Source: Candidatus Omnitrophota bacterium
Lineage (GTDB): Bacteria; Omnitrophota; Omnitrophia; Omnitrophales; Aquincolibacteriaceae
Reading direction: 5' to 3'
Length of the DNA stretch: 64,000 bases
Assembly (NCBI GenBank): GCA_003140935.1
Contig: PLLJ01000039.1
Coordinates: forward strand, 12,007 to 76,006
The position numbers were made by a program, and so were the translations under genes. The notes under the pieces were generated by a model. The model was not told the DNA's origin and searched no databases. It worked only from the letters and a program-made list of their open reading frames with translations. Positions 62,824-64,000 of the stretch are shown here, in pieces. Numbering within the stretch: the stretch's first letter is position 1; each line of letters begins with the position of its first letter.

Positions 62824-63210
62824 ATGGGACAAGTAATCATGTTGGTCGACGATGACGATGCCTTTTTAGAAGAAATGGGCCAGCTTTTGAACTCCAGCGG
62901 TTATGAAACCGTGGAAGTCCATGAAGCCCGCATGGTGGCGGACATCGCGCGAATGATACGGCCGGCATTGATCCTTATGGATTTGAGGATGCCGGGGCAA
63001 AACGGATATGAGATCGCGTTTGAATTAAAAGACATGCCGGAACTGGCGCAGATCCCCGTCATCGCGATGAGCGGTCTTCCGGACCAAAAAACATCGATCT
63101 ACTTGGAATTGAGCAAGATACGGAAATTCCTTCAAAAGCCTTTCAGCCCGCTCGACATTATCTGGTCGATCGAAGAAACCTTGAGCCAAGAGCAAGCCGT
63201 TCTCGCTTGA
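62824..63210 (+). CDS. Stand-alone response-regulator receiver (CheY-like REC) protein
   Basis: VDDDD acidic pocket, phospho-acceptor D in ILMDLRMPG, conserved K in LQKPF. GGAGGA RBS. Confidence 0.75.
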   Translation: MGQVIMLVDDDDAFLEEMGQLLNSSGYETVEVHEARMVADIARMIRPALILMDLRMPGQNGYEIAFELKDMPELAQIPVIAMSGLPDQKTSIYLELSKIRKFLQKPFSPLDIIWSIEETLSQEQAVLA

Positions 63211-63410
63211 CGGCCGGGAGACGCTGCTCGGAAGCTTCTAGAGCATAAATCACGAGCGATGACGTTCCGACAACTCCATTTAAGCCGATTCCACAAAAGG
63301 GACACTGTTCAACGACTTATCCAAGAATCTACTCTTGTATTTCCCTCCAGGATACGTATGCTGACACCTCCCTCTTAGTTTTAACGGCCCACTAACCACG
63401 GAGGAAATTT

Positions 63411-63524
63411 ATGGGAACACAAGACAAAGGAAAAGAAAGAGGCTCGCAGAAGAAAGCTCCCAAACATACTCTTATGGAGAAGAGAAAAATCAAGGAAGAA
63501 AAAAGAAAGAACAAATATTCTTAG
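63411..63524 (+). CDS. Possible 37-aa highly basic peptide (MGTQDKGKERGSQKKAPKHTLMEKRKIKEEKRKNKYS)
   Basis: GGAGGA Shine-Dalgarno 7 nt upstream of ATG. No homolog recognised. Confidence 0.3.
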   Translation: MGTQDKGKERGSQKKAPKHTLMEKRKIKEEKRKNKYS

Positions 63525-63740
63525 GGAGAAAAGCGGCCGCTATCAAAAAAAACGCTGCCAAGAAGGTTATTTAACGTCTTTGAGGTGTAATTGTTTTTAC
63601 AATTCATCTAAAACCCGTATAATCGCTCCCTCTGAGCGTTCTTATGGACACCCAATAAACAGCGAGCACGTTTTCGTTGTTTTTTACGGACAAGAACTGA
63701 AGTTGTAAGCCTTACCTCCGTAAGAAGATACATAAAGTTT

Positions 63741-63814
63741 GCGCCCGTAGCTCAATTGGATAGAGCACCACACTACGGATGTGGGGGTTGCAGGTTCAAC
63801 TCCTGCCGGGCGCG
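63741..63814 (+). tRNA. tRNA-Arg (anticodon ACG), CCA not encoded
   Basis: Acceptor GCGCCCG/CGGGCGC, anticodon stem CCACA/TGTGG with loop CUACGGA, T-arm GCAGG-TTCAACT-CCTGC. Confidence 0.85.
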
Positions 63815-63824
63815 CGATTAAAAA

Positions 63825-63853
63825 GGCATCCCCGCAAAGGGGGTGCCTTTTTT
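63825..63853 (+). terminator. Rho-independent terminator downstream of tRNA-Arg
   Basis: GGCATCCCC-gcaaa-GGGGGTGCC stem (9 bp, one G.U) followed by TTTTTT. Confidence 0.6.
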
Positions 63854-63952
63854 ATGGATGCCTTTGCAGGAGTTGAAGGGAGGAGCGTTTTTGAACATGA
63901 CCCAAAGTCATGTTTAAACGATGGGTGGCCTACCTGAGCGAAGTGAAGGAGC

Positions 63953-63969
63953 CAACTCCTGCCGGGCGC
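63953..63969 (+). repeat. 17-nt direct copy of the tRNA-Arg 3' end (CAACTCCTGCCGGGCGC)
   Basis: Repeat of tRNA positions 63797-63813, about 155 bp downstream. Followed by a motif homologous to the one after the tRNA-Ser repeat. Confidence 0.7.
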
Positions 63970-64000
63970 ACTTATTCTCTATGAACAAGCACGGCATCGT

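Overview
This window looks like the chromosomal replication-origin region of a moderately GC-rich (~55%) bacterium with a compact, gene-dense genome. Many proteins carry Lys/Arg-rich tails, but the phylum cannot be assigned from sequence alone. The strand switch sits at the rpmH/dnaA divergence near 47.4-47.7 kb. Left of it almost everything is on the minus strand: rpmH-rnpA-yidD-yidC-mnmG-parA-parB, then outward to rho, rpmE, prfA-prmC, murA, rpsP-trmD-rplS, rnhB, yraN and polA. Right of it the genes are on the plus strand: dnaA-dnaN-DUF721-gyrB-gyrA-serS-tRNA-Ser. Two near-consensus parS sites (GTTTCACGTGAAAC) flank an AT-rich noncoding stretch upstream of parA. DnaA-box-like motifs and AT-rich tracts lie in both the rpmH-dnaA and dnaA-dnaN spacers. 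The rest is accessory-like content: (1) a translationally near-coupled POTRA-less Omp85-family barrel followed by a 550-aa secreted protein with a kinase-like motif pair (both left of the origin); (2) an operon of class-III aminotransferase, alpha/beta-hydrolase, HAD phosphatase, FemAB/GNAT-like acyltransferase and two ArnE/ArnF-like small membrane proteins; (3) a reduced Rnf-like cluster with RnfC, RnfD and two short divergent RnfA/E-like membrane proteins; (4) a biotin operon bioB-fabG-like-fabF-like-bioF-bioA-bioD; (5) a beta-glucan utilisation locus with a lipoprotein ABC substrate-binding protein but no permeases, a GH94 phosphorylase, a secreted glycosidase and a ROK regulator; (6) cysDN convergent with an alkaline-phosphatase-superfamily enzyme; (7) at the right end, tRNA-Ser(GCU) and tRNA-Arg(ACG), each followed about 150 bp downstream by a paralogous module that carries a 17-18-nt copy of that tRNA's own 3' end, near a basic zinc-ribbon protein, a receiver-only response regulator and a 37-aa basic peptide. 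No CRISPR array, integrase or transposase was recognised. Coordinates for start codons are approximate where noted.
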